From assembly GCA_951406725.2 (NCBI GenBank), contig OX597816.1, positions 134,912,001 to 134,976,000 of the forward strand: 64,000 nt of DNA, written 5' to 3'. Below the pieces are notes generated by a model. That model worked only from the letters and a program-made list of their open reading frames with translations. It had not been told where the DNA came from and ran no database searches. The translations under genes and the position numbers were made by a program. Shown piece by piece: positions 27,042 through 40,794 of the stretch; within the stretch, counting starts at the first letter, position 1; the number at the start of each line of letters is the position of its first letter. The stretch comes from Octopus vulgaris (lineage: Eukaryota).

Positions 27042-27042
<1 letters not shown>

Positions 27043-27102
<60 letters not shown>
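27043..27102. repeat. (AC)n microsatellite
   Basis: About 30 perfect AC units. Confidence 0.95.
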
Positions 27103-27104
<2 letters not shown>

Positions 27105-28029
27105 TTGTAGCATCTGGCTTCCACAGAATTGTCTCTGAGGAGAGTTCAAAGAGGAACTTAAAATAGTTCATTCAGTCAGTACCAAATCGCAAATAAAAAA
27201 TTAATATATGCATATGTACATACTTACTCACTCACACACACACGTGTATGTGTGTCGAGCTATATGCAAACATGTGTGTACAAACATACTTAATTTAAGG
27301 GACAAAAGCAGTATCAATAACAAAAAGTAAAATTTAACACCATTTAAAAGTGGGTGTTTTAGAATATACAACGCTACAATATTTACCATGAGAAAATCTC
27401 ACACATGTGGTTTTGTGGTGCATATGAGCACTCCTGTATACACCGCTAGTGAGAGACAATCACTCCTGCCAAGATTACCAGTTTCGACCTTCTTGGGCCC
27501 TGTCAATGGTAGATATCTGTTTGCTGGGAATAGCCGTAACCGTCCCGCCGGTGATATACCTAGAATCACAGAGCCCAATCAGGTACTGGCGTCGATAAAT
27601 GTGGGATTATTAAAAAATACAACTATTTATATTTATTTATATATTTATGTAAATATATTTATATATTTATGTAAATATATTTATATATCTATTTACATTT
27701 ATTTATATTTTTATATATATATCTGTATATATTTATATATCTATTTATATTTATATATATTTAGTTATATATATTTATATTTAGATATATTAAGTAGTAG
27801 TAAAGTAAGGAAGAAGGTGGCGGAGAGGAAGGAGACGACAAAGAAGGAGAAGGATAAGAAGAGAAAGAATAATAAAAGAACGCGGGATGATATGATAGTA
27901 GTAGGATGTTAAATGGTCAAATGACCTAAAAGTGGATCATTGTGGATTATAGCAGTGATTGGGACTGATTTTAATGAATCTTGGGTATCTATGTTTGAAT
28001 GTATAATTTTAATATTTGCGTGTGTGTTA

Positions 28030-29237
28030 TTCTAAGGTTGTGGTAGATATATCATTTGTTGCAGATGCGTTCAAAAGGGGTCTGTATTTTGTGATAAAGA
28101 GAGACTCTTTACTAATTCTTTGGGTTGTACTGTCCCTGAATTGATAGAGGGGAAGAAATCTGAAGCTTGGATTTTTGTTATTGGCCCAAATGTCGATGTG
28201 TTGGCTGAATGCTATCTTTCTGGGTTTTTTTTAAATTTTGATCTGGGATCTGTGCAGAGCCACCCTTTGACGTAGACTGTATTTTGTTTGGTCTATGTTT
28301 TTCTCTTGACACCCAGAGCAGGTTAGTGCTTTTATCAGGTTCTCCGCAGCACATATGAAGCTACTTTTCACTGTGAAACGTTGTTCCTATTTGAAGGAGA
28401 ACTCTGATCCCTCAATTAAATTGACACATATCCCACAGCTGGGTCTTCCGCATTTGTTTTTACTGACGGCTTCAGTGTTGTTTTTAAGCATATTCGGGCT
28501 TGTGTTAGGAGAGTTTTCATTGATTTGGCGCTATCTCTTGCTTGTGTGTTTGGAGGATTAAGTTCATTCGGTGGTCCTTTTTTAGCAGGGTAATGTTTTG
28601 AAGGATGGTGTCGAAGGTTTCATTGTTAAGAGGGTTGTGTGTGGAGATGTATGGTAGGGCTTTTGGTTGTAAATCCTTCCTTAATTTCGGATATCTGAGT
28701 TCGTGGATATTGAGTTATAGGGCACGTTGAAAGCATATGTCAATTAGTGAAGGTAGGTAGTTCCTGGTGATGAGTGTATCCTTTAGTTCATGTAGTCGCT
28801 TGTCTCTGGTGCTTGCATTAGAAACTATAGTACATATCCTTTTTGCTAGGTTGAAGAGGATATTCATTATGGTGTGTCTAGGGTAGCATGAGTTGAACGG
28901 TAGATATTGCTTGGAGTCCGTGGGCTTATAGTATATATCTGTTTCTATTACATTGTTAGATTTCTTAATGAGGATGTCGAGAAAAGGAAGTTATTGATGA
29001 CTATATTCCATCATGAAGTCCATTTATAAGTGCTTGAAATTCTTTAAGTCTCTCTATACTTTCATGCCAAAGAATGAAACAGTCATCCAGGTGTCTCTTC
29101 CAGTTATTTTATATGTAGAGGGAGAATGGGCTGCCGTATTTTTCTAGAACCTTACGATAAAGACTAATATCCCATGACTAGGTTAGCAAAGGAGGGGGCC
29201 ATTCTCGTACCCATCGCAGACCCCAATTTTTGTCATA
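28030..29237 (-). pseudogene. Penelope-like retroelement remnant: RT C-terminal half plus GIY-YIG endonuclease (Neptune-like Cys linker)
   Basis: Minus-strand pieces: GSAMGTRMAPSFANLVMG, WKRHLDDCFILW, FLDILIKK, DIYYKPTDSKQYLPFNSCYP, CGRPSCGIC, ENLIKALTCSGCQEKNIDQTKYSLRQR. Contains stops and frameshifts. Confidence 0.9.
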
Positions 29238-32200
29238 CACATACGAGTGATTCTGGGATATTTTCATTCTTCCGAATTGCATTAATAAGATATTCGCAAA
29301 CCCAAAGTTTGGATAAGGTACAGCACAATAGGATGGAAACTAGAAACAGTTGCTTGCAGAATGACCTTAAGCACACAACTAAATTATGCCTGCACACATC
29401 TGGTGCGAACATTCATTCCCCATATGTATGTAATCTTTAGGTAAATTCACAGAATCGCTAATGTTGCTCAAAAGAAAATTTCAAATTTCCAAAAGAATAT
29501 AACATTTATAACATTTGCCTGTAGGAATTTAAAACATTTGTAGAAGAGTAAATATCAATATAGTTATTACTTTTTAGTAAGTTTAATGCTCTTCATTAAC
29601 CATCTATTTCAAGCTGCTTAATCAGGAAGGAATAGTAGATATTAATGATAGCTAGCTCAATTCATGACCAAGATATCTATTAACGAGTAGATACCACAGG
29701 ATAGATCAGCTAACAACTGGAATATGACAACAGCACTATAAAACAATGTGTCACAATTCACATGGACGAGTTTACGTCTTCAGTGATTGGAGATATGATA
29801 GAAGATTTAACACCACTCTTTTTCAGTTCTATTTTCACTACAACTAAAAGGACGCGTTTGCTGAACAGTTTTGTTTGTATTTCACGTGTAACACATCATA
29901 TATTTTATCACAGTATACACAAGTTTGTCGTGGCACAGCAACTGGAGTCGACGTGTATACCAGAGTATTTAGAAAACATGAGTTTTTAATACACCGTGCA
30001 AGTGCATGAATATTCCATATATATTCCTTTGGGATAAAATGCAATGCATGCACTCATCTTAGTTTTAAAACAATTTTAATATTCGCTTTTTATAATATAA
30101 CATTTTAACGTAACGTTTTAGCGCCGTATACAGTGTGCCGTGTATCGTAAAAAGTTGAAATTACTGACTTAGATCAATGCATAACGCGGTGGGATTACAA
30201 GGAATGAGTTACATCTTGAACAAATAATTTTGTTTATATCCCACTTTGTTCTTTCCATTTCTTAAGTTCTAACTGAAATACCTGTCAAATATGTGAGTTG
30301 ATAAAATAATAAGCAGTGATATACTGAATTGAGTAAATTGATTTAACATATCCGTTCCTTAGATTAAAGGCTCTGGGCCTTGTTAATTACTGATAATTGG
30401 GACATGATATATATGTAGATAAACAACTTAAGAAAACAACTTCAGCAAAAAAAAAAAGAAAACTTTGAAAATCCGATACACGGATGAATAAAACGAAGAC
30501 AACTATTAAAAAAAAAAGAATATCCTATGAATTAGAAAATGAAATGATGGCGGCAACCAGTCAACATCATCAGAAACCAACCAATGAAAACGATAATCAT
30601 TGACAAAAGAATTGATTTTAACACTTACTACGGAAGTGGAAATGGTTCTTTGCCACAAACTCTCCGATAACATTTGACCATTTCTTTTCGTTTCTTTAAA
30701 CTTGGATCAATGTTTTAAATATTCTTTTAAATTAGCTTCCATAACTTGACACTTCATTAATTCATTTCACTTGAATAACAAAACTAAAAGCAGCTGAAGC
30801 ATTGCTTCTCGCTTTGATTTGACTTTCGTGTGACATTCTTTGATAGTATATGACGGTTCTGATTCTGCTAAAAGCTATTCCACTTCAAAGCTAATAACAA
30901 AATAAATTCGTTAAGAATATTTTCCTGGCATTAACTGTATAAATCAATAAGCATACGCACGTACAAATATGCTTTTATACCTGTGTTCATATGCATGATT
31001 TCTAGATTTTCAAAGTATAAACTGAAAATGAAATCCTGTAAGATTTCTTTGAAGTATTTGTGCCTTCTTTCTATCTTAATTTTGTTTCTTTCTTTACTTA
31101 ATACTCTTAAATTTCTTGCTTTCATCATTTCTTTATTTCCCCTAAGTATCTAATTTTTGTTCACATCGTGCGAAAGGAAGTCACCAAATTTTCTTATCAC
31201 AAAGACATATTGATTGTTTATATAGCACCAATGAAGGATTAAGTCTATGTCTTCACAGATCATATCTTATTTGTTGAAGGAAGACATTTATTAAAGGTGT
31301 TCAGATCGATTTCTCACCTACAATATAAGTGAGGTCCATCGCATTCTAAGAAATTTTCAGTTACATTGATGCTTTTAGAAAAGCAAATGTGTACAAGAAA
31401 TGGTTTAGACCAGTAATAGACAATAATCAGCTAAAACTACATCTGCCATCAAGTTCTAAAATATTTATGTTCCTTTTATATTGGTTTATCAGTTTTTGTT
31501 TTCATTTTAAATATTATTTGTTGAAATAAAAACTTCATCTTCTTATTGAACAACTTGTTTAGCAGCTTCTAAATTCAAGAACATGTAGCACTTGATTTAT
31601 CTCAGATTAAAATTAACGACATTTTGTTATCACGGAATGTATTTTCACAATTCTTCTGCTACAAAACATTGAAAAAAAAAAAGGAAGAAAGATAGAAAGA
31701 AAATAACAAACTTCACTTTCAATAAAACTGATATCACGTTTCTTTTGTATTAGCATATTTATTTAACACGGCTGCCAAAATTATTAAAGCGTTTCATGTT
31801 ATTGATTTCAAGGGATTTTCAGTTCTGTTTGTGTGGTTTTATGTTCTGGTGTGTCCGTAAGGACGACTTACAACAAATATGCAAGTTTTCTTTACTCTCT
31901 TTTTTTTTCTCTGTGTGTGTAAATTTTCTATGTAACACTTCCTCCGCGTGTTTATATATTACTCTCAACATCATTATACCAAGGACTTTTTCATAAAACG
32001 TGAACCGAATTTCAGTCCTTCCTTTCTTATTTTAATTCCATCCTACTTTTGTGGCATATACGTGACATTTGTGTGGATAAGACATCGTGTCATAATAGAG
32101 AGAAACTTTGTAGTTTAATGAACTTTTGGAAATGACATTGTTTTTGGTGTTTAACTGTGGTCAACTCTGATTAGGCAGGTAGATAGGTAGATTGATGTTG

Positions 32201-32494
32201 TTGATGTTTAGTCTTAATCATCTCTTTTTTTTCTTTTTTCTTTTTTTTCCTTGAGACGTGCCTTGAATTACATTATCGAATTTTATTTTCAAAATGACCA
32301 TGATGCATGATATAAGAAAGATTTGGTTGTTACTTCTAGCAGGTTCAGTTAACAAGGGCGCCTCCTACAAGGCGCCCTTGTTAACTATATCCACATAAAT
32401 ACTGATGCTGGTAACAGCACAGATAAGAAAAATAGACTTGGTTGAAATTTTCTGTTCTTTCTGGTTTGATGGGGCAAATTGGGAGTTCGGGGTA

Positions 32495-33545
32495 TATATT
32501 GGTCGGCTAAATTGTTCACTCGGTTTTTAAGCGAAAATAAGACACAAATTTTAAACACAAAGCGACTTATTCAATCAATGATGTAATTATTATTTTGTTC
32601 CAGTACCTTCTATCATTTTGTGGGTAGATCCATTATTTCCTGTTCAAAGAATTTCCTATCTTTAGTAGCGAAAAATTCTTCCAGACTAACTTTTACATCC
32701 TCTTCAGAGTTTGTCCATGAATTTTGAAGACCGAAACCGGTGAAAATCTGAAGGCGCAAGGTCGGGCGAATATGACAAAACTTCCCAGCCAAGCCCAAGT
32801 GACTTCCGCCGCGACTGCGAAGAAGTGTGCAATCTGGCATTGTCGTGATGAAAGACAATGTCCTTATGATTACCAAGTGCTGGACGCTTCTGGTGGATCG
32901 CTGTATTTAATTTGCCAGGCTGATCACAGTGCACATCCGAATTGATGGCGTAAAAGACAATACTATTCCAATCCCACCATATCCTTCTTCTTGAAAAGTC
33001 CTGATTTAGAGGTTATTTATTGCGGGTCTCGAAGCTTCCCCTTTGATCGCTTGCGTTTCACATTGTAATAGACGATTAATTTTTCGTCCCCTGTCACCAT
33101 TCCTTTCACAAAGAATCGTTTTCTTCACGTTTCTTCAAGGAATCGCAGATGAAAATTCGTTGGGCGAGCCTCATTTAATTGATACTGGATCGAAACATCG
33201 AGCCTGTGACGTAACAAAATTGATGTAGATGGTTTTCAACACTTAATTAAAATATTTGGGGAATATCTGCGGTCATCCAGGTCGTATAACGGGGCTTGGG
33301 GTCGCTGTTAACCTCAGCTGGCCGGCCAACACGAGGTGCATCTTGAACCGAAAAATTTCCCGATCGAAATCTTGAAAACTACTTCAGATACACAAGCTAC
33401 ATAGCGGCATTCTCTCCTTATAGAGCGCATATCTTCCAGCAGATTTCGCTGATTTCTCAACGTTTTAGAAATAAAAAATAAAAACAGTATGAGGTGTCTA
33501 TAATGCTCATTTTAGTTCTCCATTTTTAAGGTGATCCCAAACACA
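32495..33545 (-). pseudogene. Decayed mariner transposase
   Basis: QKRPALGNHKDIVFHHDNARLHTS, LGWEVLSYSPDLAPSDFH, EEFFATKDRKFFEQEIMDLPTK. TIR-like tattggtcggctaaattgttc at the left end. Confidence 0.85.
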
Positions 33546-34717
33546 CAAAACACAATCTGTCTCGTTGCATGTTTTTCTGAAGTAATCACTATAAACATGT
33601 GTTCGAAACACGATTTATATATCAAAGCAAAACAACCATCTTCAAAGCACTGAGATGGGAACTTTAGACGCACTCGTTGTTTCTTATATAACGAGGCTCG
33701 AATTTCTTTCAAGCATGTGGCAAATGGATACACATTATTAACAAATCCCAAGAAGGGGCAAACGCGTCTACCGTTCTATACGTTACTGCTGTGATGATAT
33801 TGCTTTATTTCGATTTTTATCGTTTCACCAACACATCAATGATGAGATTTTCTCTCAGACAAATGCTACAGCAGCATGCTTTTCTACGGTGTATTATTTT
33901 ATTCTTTTGTTTGTTTCAGTCATTTGACTGCGGTCATGCTGGAGCACTGCCTTTAGTCGAACAATACATTTAGTATGATTCACAGATGGCTATTTTAATT
34001 CAATGCTGTTTCGACTGCACTCACCGACGTTTTTTTTTATTTTTTATATGATTAAATACCACCTGTTTTACACAAACACTACTGAATAGATACACTGTGC
34101 TCTTCTCTCTTCTGCAAACACAGAGATTTGCATACAATAATATAATAAATTCTTTTGACCAATATCTAACATTTGAGAACGAGTAGTGTAAATGTAGATC
34201 GCTATTCAATTGAAATTACGTTACGTACCTGATGCAGCGAAACGATGGAAAATTAAAACAGAATATGAAAAGCCCCACGGAAAAACTAAAATCTATTGAT
34301 ATCACCAAGAAGAACATGGTGTTTTCCTAACGTTTACTGAATCTATTTATAGATTGCTTTATTGACTTTCCAAACATTAATTGTTACTGTCGCTGTAGGC
34401 TCTCTCTTACTCCACCTCCGCTCCTCCTCCTACTACTTTTGTTTTCAGTATCCTTTTCAAGTCTCGCAGCATTCGTTCTTGTATTACTAGTCTTTTTCTT
34501 CTTCGTACAATTGTTATTGCCCCTAGTACATATAATATGAACTGTCAAAGAAAAGATGGAGGAAATCAACGAATCGTTGAATGACTGCTTACCAAGATTC
34601 GTAACTGATCGTCTGCAGCAGTTCTTAAAACATTTCATAATGTATAATGGTGTTTGATGGTGCACTTGTAATCATTGTTTTGTAATTTCTTTTATGAAAG
34701 TCTCGTATTTGTGAAAT

Positions 34718-34761
<44 letters not shown>

Positions 34762-35706
34762 CGAAATATAGATATACACATTCTCGTATATATACAACTA
34801 CATATCTATTTTCTGTAATTATAAAGCAATAAACCGATATGTTAGTAGATTATCATTGACTTAAAGAGTTACTGGTTTATATGGGTAGACGTCCTTCCAT
34901 TTGGGGGAGAAGCGTGGCACATCACAACGCCCGGTTTAATATCATCACTGGCCCACGGTGGTCCTTGACGGACTTCACTCTGTTGCAATCATTCGGACAA
35001 GGATCTTAGGGCTCTTAGCAGGAAGTTATCGTGACTTCACAACACATCGACACACGCTACACTTCCCGAGATACCATAAGCGAAAACAGTTTTGTAATTC
35101 TACTTCATCTTCTCCATCATATATGGAATCCAGTCCAACCTGATACCCCACACCATGTCACCTCTCACTAAGACGCAAACTACACGTCTCTTCCTCATTG
35201 AGACTAAAACCTCTTAATCCTTACTCATGTCTGCTTTCCAGGCTACACTCTTCACTCAGAGACGAACCGTCTGTGGTTACTTAGTTTACACTTTCCACGA
35301 ATCTCATTGCCTTCACTTCGAGACGTGCAACGAATTCTCCCTGCTACTTTTGCTCAAAGTACTCTCACCACCAGCACCTCTACATGAATCTACCAGTCTT
35401 CTAAAATCTTCCAATCACCTAAGTATGTTAAGCAAATAGCTTTGACTCTTGGTGCAATTGTCATCTATATTGCCACGTGGCGTAATATCGGACATAGCGT
35501 GCAATTAATGCCCATGCTGTCACATGATGCATTCACTGACCTAATGTAGCTGTAACTTAAGTTGCAACTATCATTTATACTGTTACGTGATCCTCTGATT
35601 TCGTGACCGGCTTCAACCTAGTACCTCATCATCAAACTGTACCTCATCTGATTGCAATTTGAACCATGAGAAGGAACAAATTATCAAACTCTAATCAGGC
35701 AAGATA

Positions 35707-36020
35707 GGTGGGGGTGCAATGGCCCAGTGATTAGGGCAGCGGACTCGCGGTCGGAGGATCGCTGTTTCGATTCCCAGACTGGGGTTGTGTGTGTTTATTG
35801 AGCAAAAACACCTAAAAGCTCCACGAGGCTCCGGCAGGGGGTGGTGGCGACCCCTGTTGTACTCTTTCGCCCCAACTTTCTCTCACTCTCTCCTCCTGTT
35901 TCTTGAGTAACGCTGCGATGGACTGGCGTCCTGTCCAGCTGGGTGGAACACATACGCCACAGAAACCGGAAAACCGGGCCAATGAGCCTGGCTAGGCTTG
36001 AAAAGGGCGACGTTTATCGT
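35707..36020 (+). mobile_element. SINE family C, longer variant
   Basis: tggcccagtgattagg, gtttcgattccc, gcgatggactggcgtcc. Flanking caggc(a/g)agata direct repeats. Confidence 0.85.
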
Positions 36021-37065
36021 TAAGCAGGCGAGATAAATACAGCATATCTCCCAAGTCCTTACATCTCACTCTACTTCTGAAAAATCTTGATATTGTGAAT
36101 CCGAATTAATAAACAAAAATATTTGCAAGGGCACCAAGAGTATGTTCAATGATTCAGAGAGATGATTTATGTGATATTCTTTCAGTTTTACATTTGTAAA
36201 AGTGATGTTGAAAACGTGTGTGTATGTGTGCGCGCACACACAGCAACAGAGGGAGAATAGAAGAAAGGAGATGGAGGAGTAGGAAGAGGAAAAGATTTTG
36301 AAAAATACGCACAAACTCTGTATATATGCGAATAAGTATGTGCCTATATGTTTCTTCTACGTTTTTAATTATTATAAATCTTCCACTGTATGTGTATAAA
36401 GCTAGCGCGTTCTCTTCTCATTTCCAAAAAGTTTCGGTATAATGAGCAAAATTCTTGTCTTTGTGACCCCTAGCGATCGAGTTCCTTTGAAAGCTTCTCA
36501 TGCACAAAAGTACATAGGTCCTATCAATGCACAGTTTCGGCTAAAAAAAAACACACACACGCAAGATACACAAGACAAACATAAATTGAATTTTAGTATT
36601 ATATAGATGATGTCCTATACAAATATTTAGTTTAGTTTGCTTGATTAACGAGTAAGTAATTTCACTGAATGAATCTAATTTTGATCAACGTTTCAAAGAG
36701 TGCTAAATAATACTAACAGTAATGACATCCATAGATTATGTGTTGGTCAAAGATAGGGAAGAATAAGAAAATAAGTCTTTGAATGATTAATCATATGGAT
36801 AAAAGAATAGAGCTGCTACAGAAAGCCTGAAAGAATACTCTTGAAAGAAGTAAAAATTTATCAGAATCTGGTCGATCGTGAAACTAGTAAAACTTGCTCA
36901 AGATAACAGAAAATAGAGTAAATTTTGCATGTTGTCTTATGATAAAAAGAAAGCTACTACAGAAATATTTTCAGTATCAACAGAAATATCTTGAAATAAA
37001 AGTTTGATGAAGATTAGACGATTACTCAATGAGACAGTTGTAAAAAGTTAGTATCTTTTATTGTT

Positions 37066-37360
37066 GTGGAAGCGCAATGGCCCAGTAGTTTGTGCAGCGG
37101 ACTCGCAGTCGGAGGATCGCGGTTTCAATTCCCAGACCGGGCGTCGTGTGTGTTTATTGAGCGAAAATCCCTAAAGTTCCCCGAGGCTCCGGCAGGGGAT
37201 GGTGGTGACCTCTGTTGTACTCTTTCGCCCCAACTTCCTCTCACTTTTTCTTCCTGTTTCTTGAATAACGCTGCGATGGACTGGCGTCCCGTCCAGCTGG
37301 GGGGAACACATGCTCCACAGAAACCGGAAAACCGGACCCATGAGCCTGGCTAGGCTTAAA
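37066..37360 (+). mobile_element. SINE family C, longer variant
   Basis: Close match to 35707-36020. Confidence 0.85.
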
Positions 37361-38319
37361 AAAAGAAAAAAAAATTTATTGTTAACTATTGTGCATGTGA
37401 TTTATGAGTAGTAATTATAACATATGGCGCCACTTCTCAATTAGAATACTTCTTGTTTTATCCTATTGTACGATGCCTGAAGCGGATACCTTTTATGATG
37501 ACCAGGTTGACATATCGGTTGGAAGTCCGTTGAAGTGCCTTGTACGCATAATTCCAAGAATCGTTTGTATCACTTTATCAGCTGAATCTACCCAAACAAT
37601 ACATTAATAATAAGTGTCTGTGAAATACTCAACGACTTAATCTTTAATACAATGAAGATAGTTTTGTTGAGCAAACAAACACATGACACTAAATCCAATC
37701 CTCGCTCAAACAAACATGAAGACACGTTGGCATGATGTTTACTATCCAACACGTAATTTATATAACAAGGCACCGAGTTTTATTTTTATGTGCGAGAATC
37801 ATAGCAAATTGGATCAACCCAAGCTTATTTTTATATTATATATTTTTTTAGCGATTATTGTCAGATGGCAGAAGAAATCGATTGACACTAGTATGATTTG
37901 CATTCGATAAGTCTGGCGATGACTCTTCAGATATTGTGTAGTATCCAATCTGACGCTGTATTATTTTATCTATTATATATATTATCATGTCTAGTTGTCT
38001 TTTGATTGTTAAGAATTTTTTTTTTAGTCTAGTTTCTATTAATCTTGCTGTTCTACTATTAGTTAATGTATCGGCAGACAAATGTCTCTTTATTCATTTT
38101 CCCTCTACCCTTTACCTCTCAAGCGCACATTCGTGTCTTCTTGGAGAAATGCTCTTACTTTGTCTCAATACGTCAGTGTCATATCTTCTGATGTGTTATT
38201 TTGAATACTATCAATTGCCTATAACAGGTAACATTAATTGTACAGAAATAGTAAATATAAAGAAAAACAATTTCACAAAAATAGAAACCATATACTTGAT
38301 TGTGAAGTATATTTGCCAC

Positions 38320-38525
38320 CTAAATGTGGCTAACCCTTAAGGGTCGATGCTACTGTAGCTTGTAGTCCCAGGAGGACATCTCCTCCAGCTGGCTATTAAC
38401 ACACTACCTGTGCTCTCTCAGTATTTGCAAATACTCAGAACCCCGGGTCCGTGGGTATCACGTCAGGCTGGAGGTGGGAATGATGACATCCCTTTGCAAA
38501 TACTGATAGGGCACAGATAGTGTAT
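38320..38525. repeat. Fold-back fragment (31-bp inverted arms plus unpaired flank)
   Basis: acactacctgtgctctctcagtatttgcaaa (38401-38431) versus tttgcaaatactgatagggcacagatagtgt (38493-38523). Confidence 0.6.
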
Positions 38526-38911
38526 CAGTGAAATTCTTCATGCTTTCTTCTATCATTGAAGCTAAGATAAATATATTTTGCTTTTAAGATAAAAAAAAGA
38601 AGTTATTTCAATCTAAACTTGATTGGTGGCATTACTTTCACTCGTATAACGTTGCTACAAATTTTGATATAAACTTTTTTCTACTGGATCAAATCTCAAT
38701 TTTTTATGCCAAAGTGTAGCTACGGACCAGTTCTCTTCAAAAATGTTAAGTTTTCAATTTGGTTAAGAACTGAATTAGCGACAAGCTCTGAAAGACGCTG
38801 CGTGTGAGTAAATTGTGGCCTTAAGAATATTATTCAACTACTATCGTAGTTGAGTGATTCGTACACATACGTAGCTGTCTATATATCTGTATATTGGCAT
38901 GCATCTCCCTC

Positions 38912-39018
<107 letters not shown>

Positions 39019-39526
39019 GCTTTGGGAAATCATGCTGCCAATTAAAATACACGCGCTGATTGTAAATTAATTGGTTTGTCATAATCTACACCACCACAAT
39101 ATCAAAATACAAAATATTCTCAGTGTTTAAATAGTGATGCTGAACTTGATGTAAAATTATTTCACACGAAGTGAAAGTGCTGTAGGAATGATATTGGAGA
39201 TTGCAGGGGTGTTATTCTGAATATCATGTAAGGAATTGCAGGGTTTAAACATGATAAAGTATTAGATGATGATGGAAGTTCAATGTAAGTGATCAGCGCA
39301 ATAAAAGTGAGTTTTGGAGCCAGTTATGAGCTTGCTGTTGGAATGAAAGGATAAATGTAACATACTGAGCATAAATATTTTAAACGTACCGTGCAGAGCA
39401 TTGCAGGATGGTGCAACAAAGCGTAGCTACTGTTTAGTACCAGTTCAGTCTGCTCAAGCAAATCTATGATGAAATCGTTCCACCTATGACCATCCTATCT
39501 TATTTACAGAAAACGTATGCATTCTG

Positions 39527-39744
39527 TATTAATAGTTATCGCCAAGCTAGCATGGCAGTCCAGAAAAATAGGACGAATGCTGCCGTTGATTAGCTCCAAG
39601 AGGCCATCGCCTCTAGCTAGCTATGTGACACACGAACACGGGATTTTCTGGACTGCCATGTTAGCTTGGCGATAACTATTAATATCCAGTACCGCTGCCG
39701 TAGTCTCCTTTAGAGAGCCTTAGAAATATTAATATTTCCATTAT
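39527..39744 (+). mobile_element. Truncated member of the hammerhead-element family (inverted arm, direct arm and tail; no ribozyme segment)
   Basis: Homologous to the 54438-55656 unit. Near-perfect flanking direct repeat gtatgcatt(c/g)tgt at 39515-39527 and 39745-39757. Confidence 0.8.
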
Positions 39745-40592
39745 GTATGCATTGTGTTCTTCCTTTGTTTGAATGGCAGTATAGCTGTTATTTCTACCAG
39801 GCTTGTCTTACCGAGCATGTTGAAGTTAGTTACGTGCTATTTGTTACTGATGTTCAATACCAGATCAAAATGTTTAAGAATACGATCAACGGCATTCCAA
39901 CCGTGACCATCCTATTTTTTCAGAGACTTTCAGGACTACATCATCCAACATGTTCTCTTATTTTAAGGTGGTAGAATTTAAGGGAAATTTCGCTGCTATT
40001 TCTAGCAAGTCTTGCGACTGCATAAAGGCTTTTTTCGTTGCATCATCTGGAGGCACACAGAAATTGACTTGTACCTTTAACCTTTTGTTTATAGTCGATC
40101 TTAATTACAAATATATCCCATTGAGATATTTAGTTGATTAGCTTAGTGATTAATGCGATAAAGCAATAAATCGTTTCACTAATTAAACCTAGTTGTGATC
40201 AACGCTTGAAAATGATGTCTTCACTAATGTATTGAGATATCAAGAAGACGAAGTCTTAATGGAAATTATATGAAAAACGAAACTGAATTCCCAAAGGGAA
40301 TCTGTTGGCAACTCGCTATAAAACTAACTAAACGTATAAGGAAAAATAGAGGTTTGCTTTGAATGTAGGGCACAAGAATTAAAAAATTTTTTTGTTATAG
40401 AAGGGTTGAATTGAACCTAATATTTCTTGGGTTCTAATCTTATCAATTCAAGATTGATGAAACTAAAGTCGATTATTGATAAAGTTTAAAATCATATTTC
40501 GGTACAGTACAGAACTAGATACTGTAAAGTAGCCATTTGACTGTGAATTATATTGTGATTCAGATTCTGCGCTCGAAGACAGTACCTCACCA

Positions 40593-40783
40593 GTAATAAT
40601 GGTTTCAAATTTTGGCACAAGATCAGCAATTTCAGGGAAGGGGCTTAGTCGATTACATCAACCCAGTACTCAGCTGGTACTTATTTTATCGACCCCTTAA
40701 GAATTTGAACTCAGACCGTACAGACGGACGAAATGCCGCTAACCATTTTGCCTGGCGTGCTAACGATTCTGCCAGCTCACCGA
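40593..40783 (-). mobile_element. SINE family B copy
   Basis: cagctggtacttattttatcgacccc...gaatttgaactcaga...gattctgccagctcaccg. Confidence 0.75.
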
Positions 40784-40794
40784 CTTTAATAATG

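Noticed and set aside
27388-27912. 174-aa ORF
   Set aside because: Low-complexity AT and purine runs, antisense to the Penelope-like 3' region
34226-34250. Hammerhead-like ctgatg...cgaaac
   Set aside because: The core is incomplete and no stems I-III can be formed
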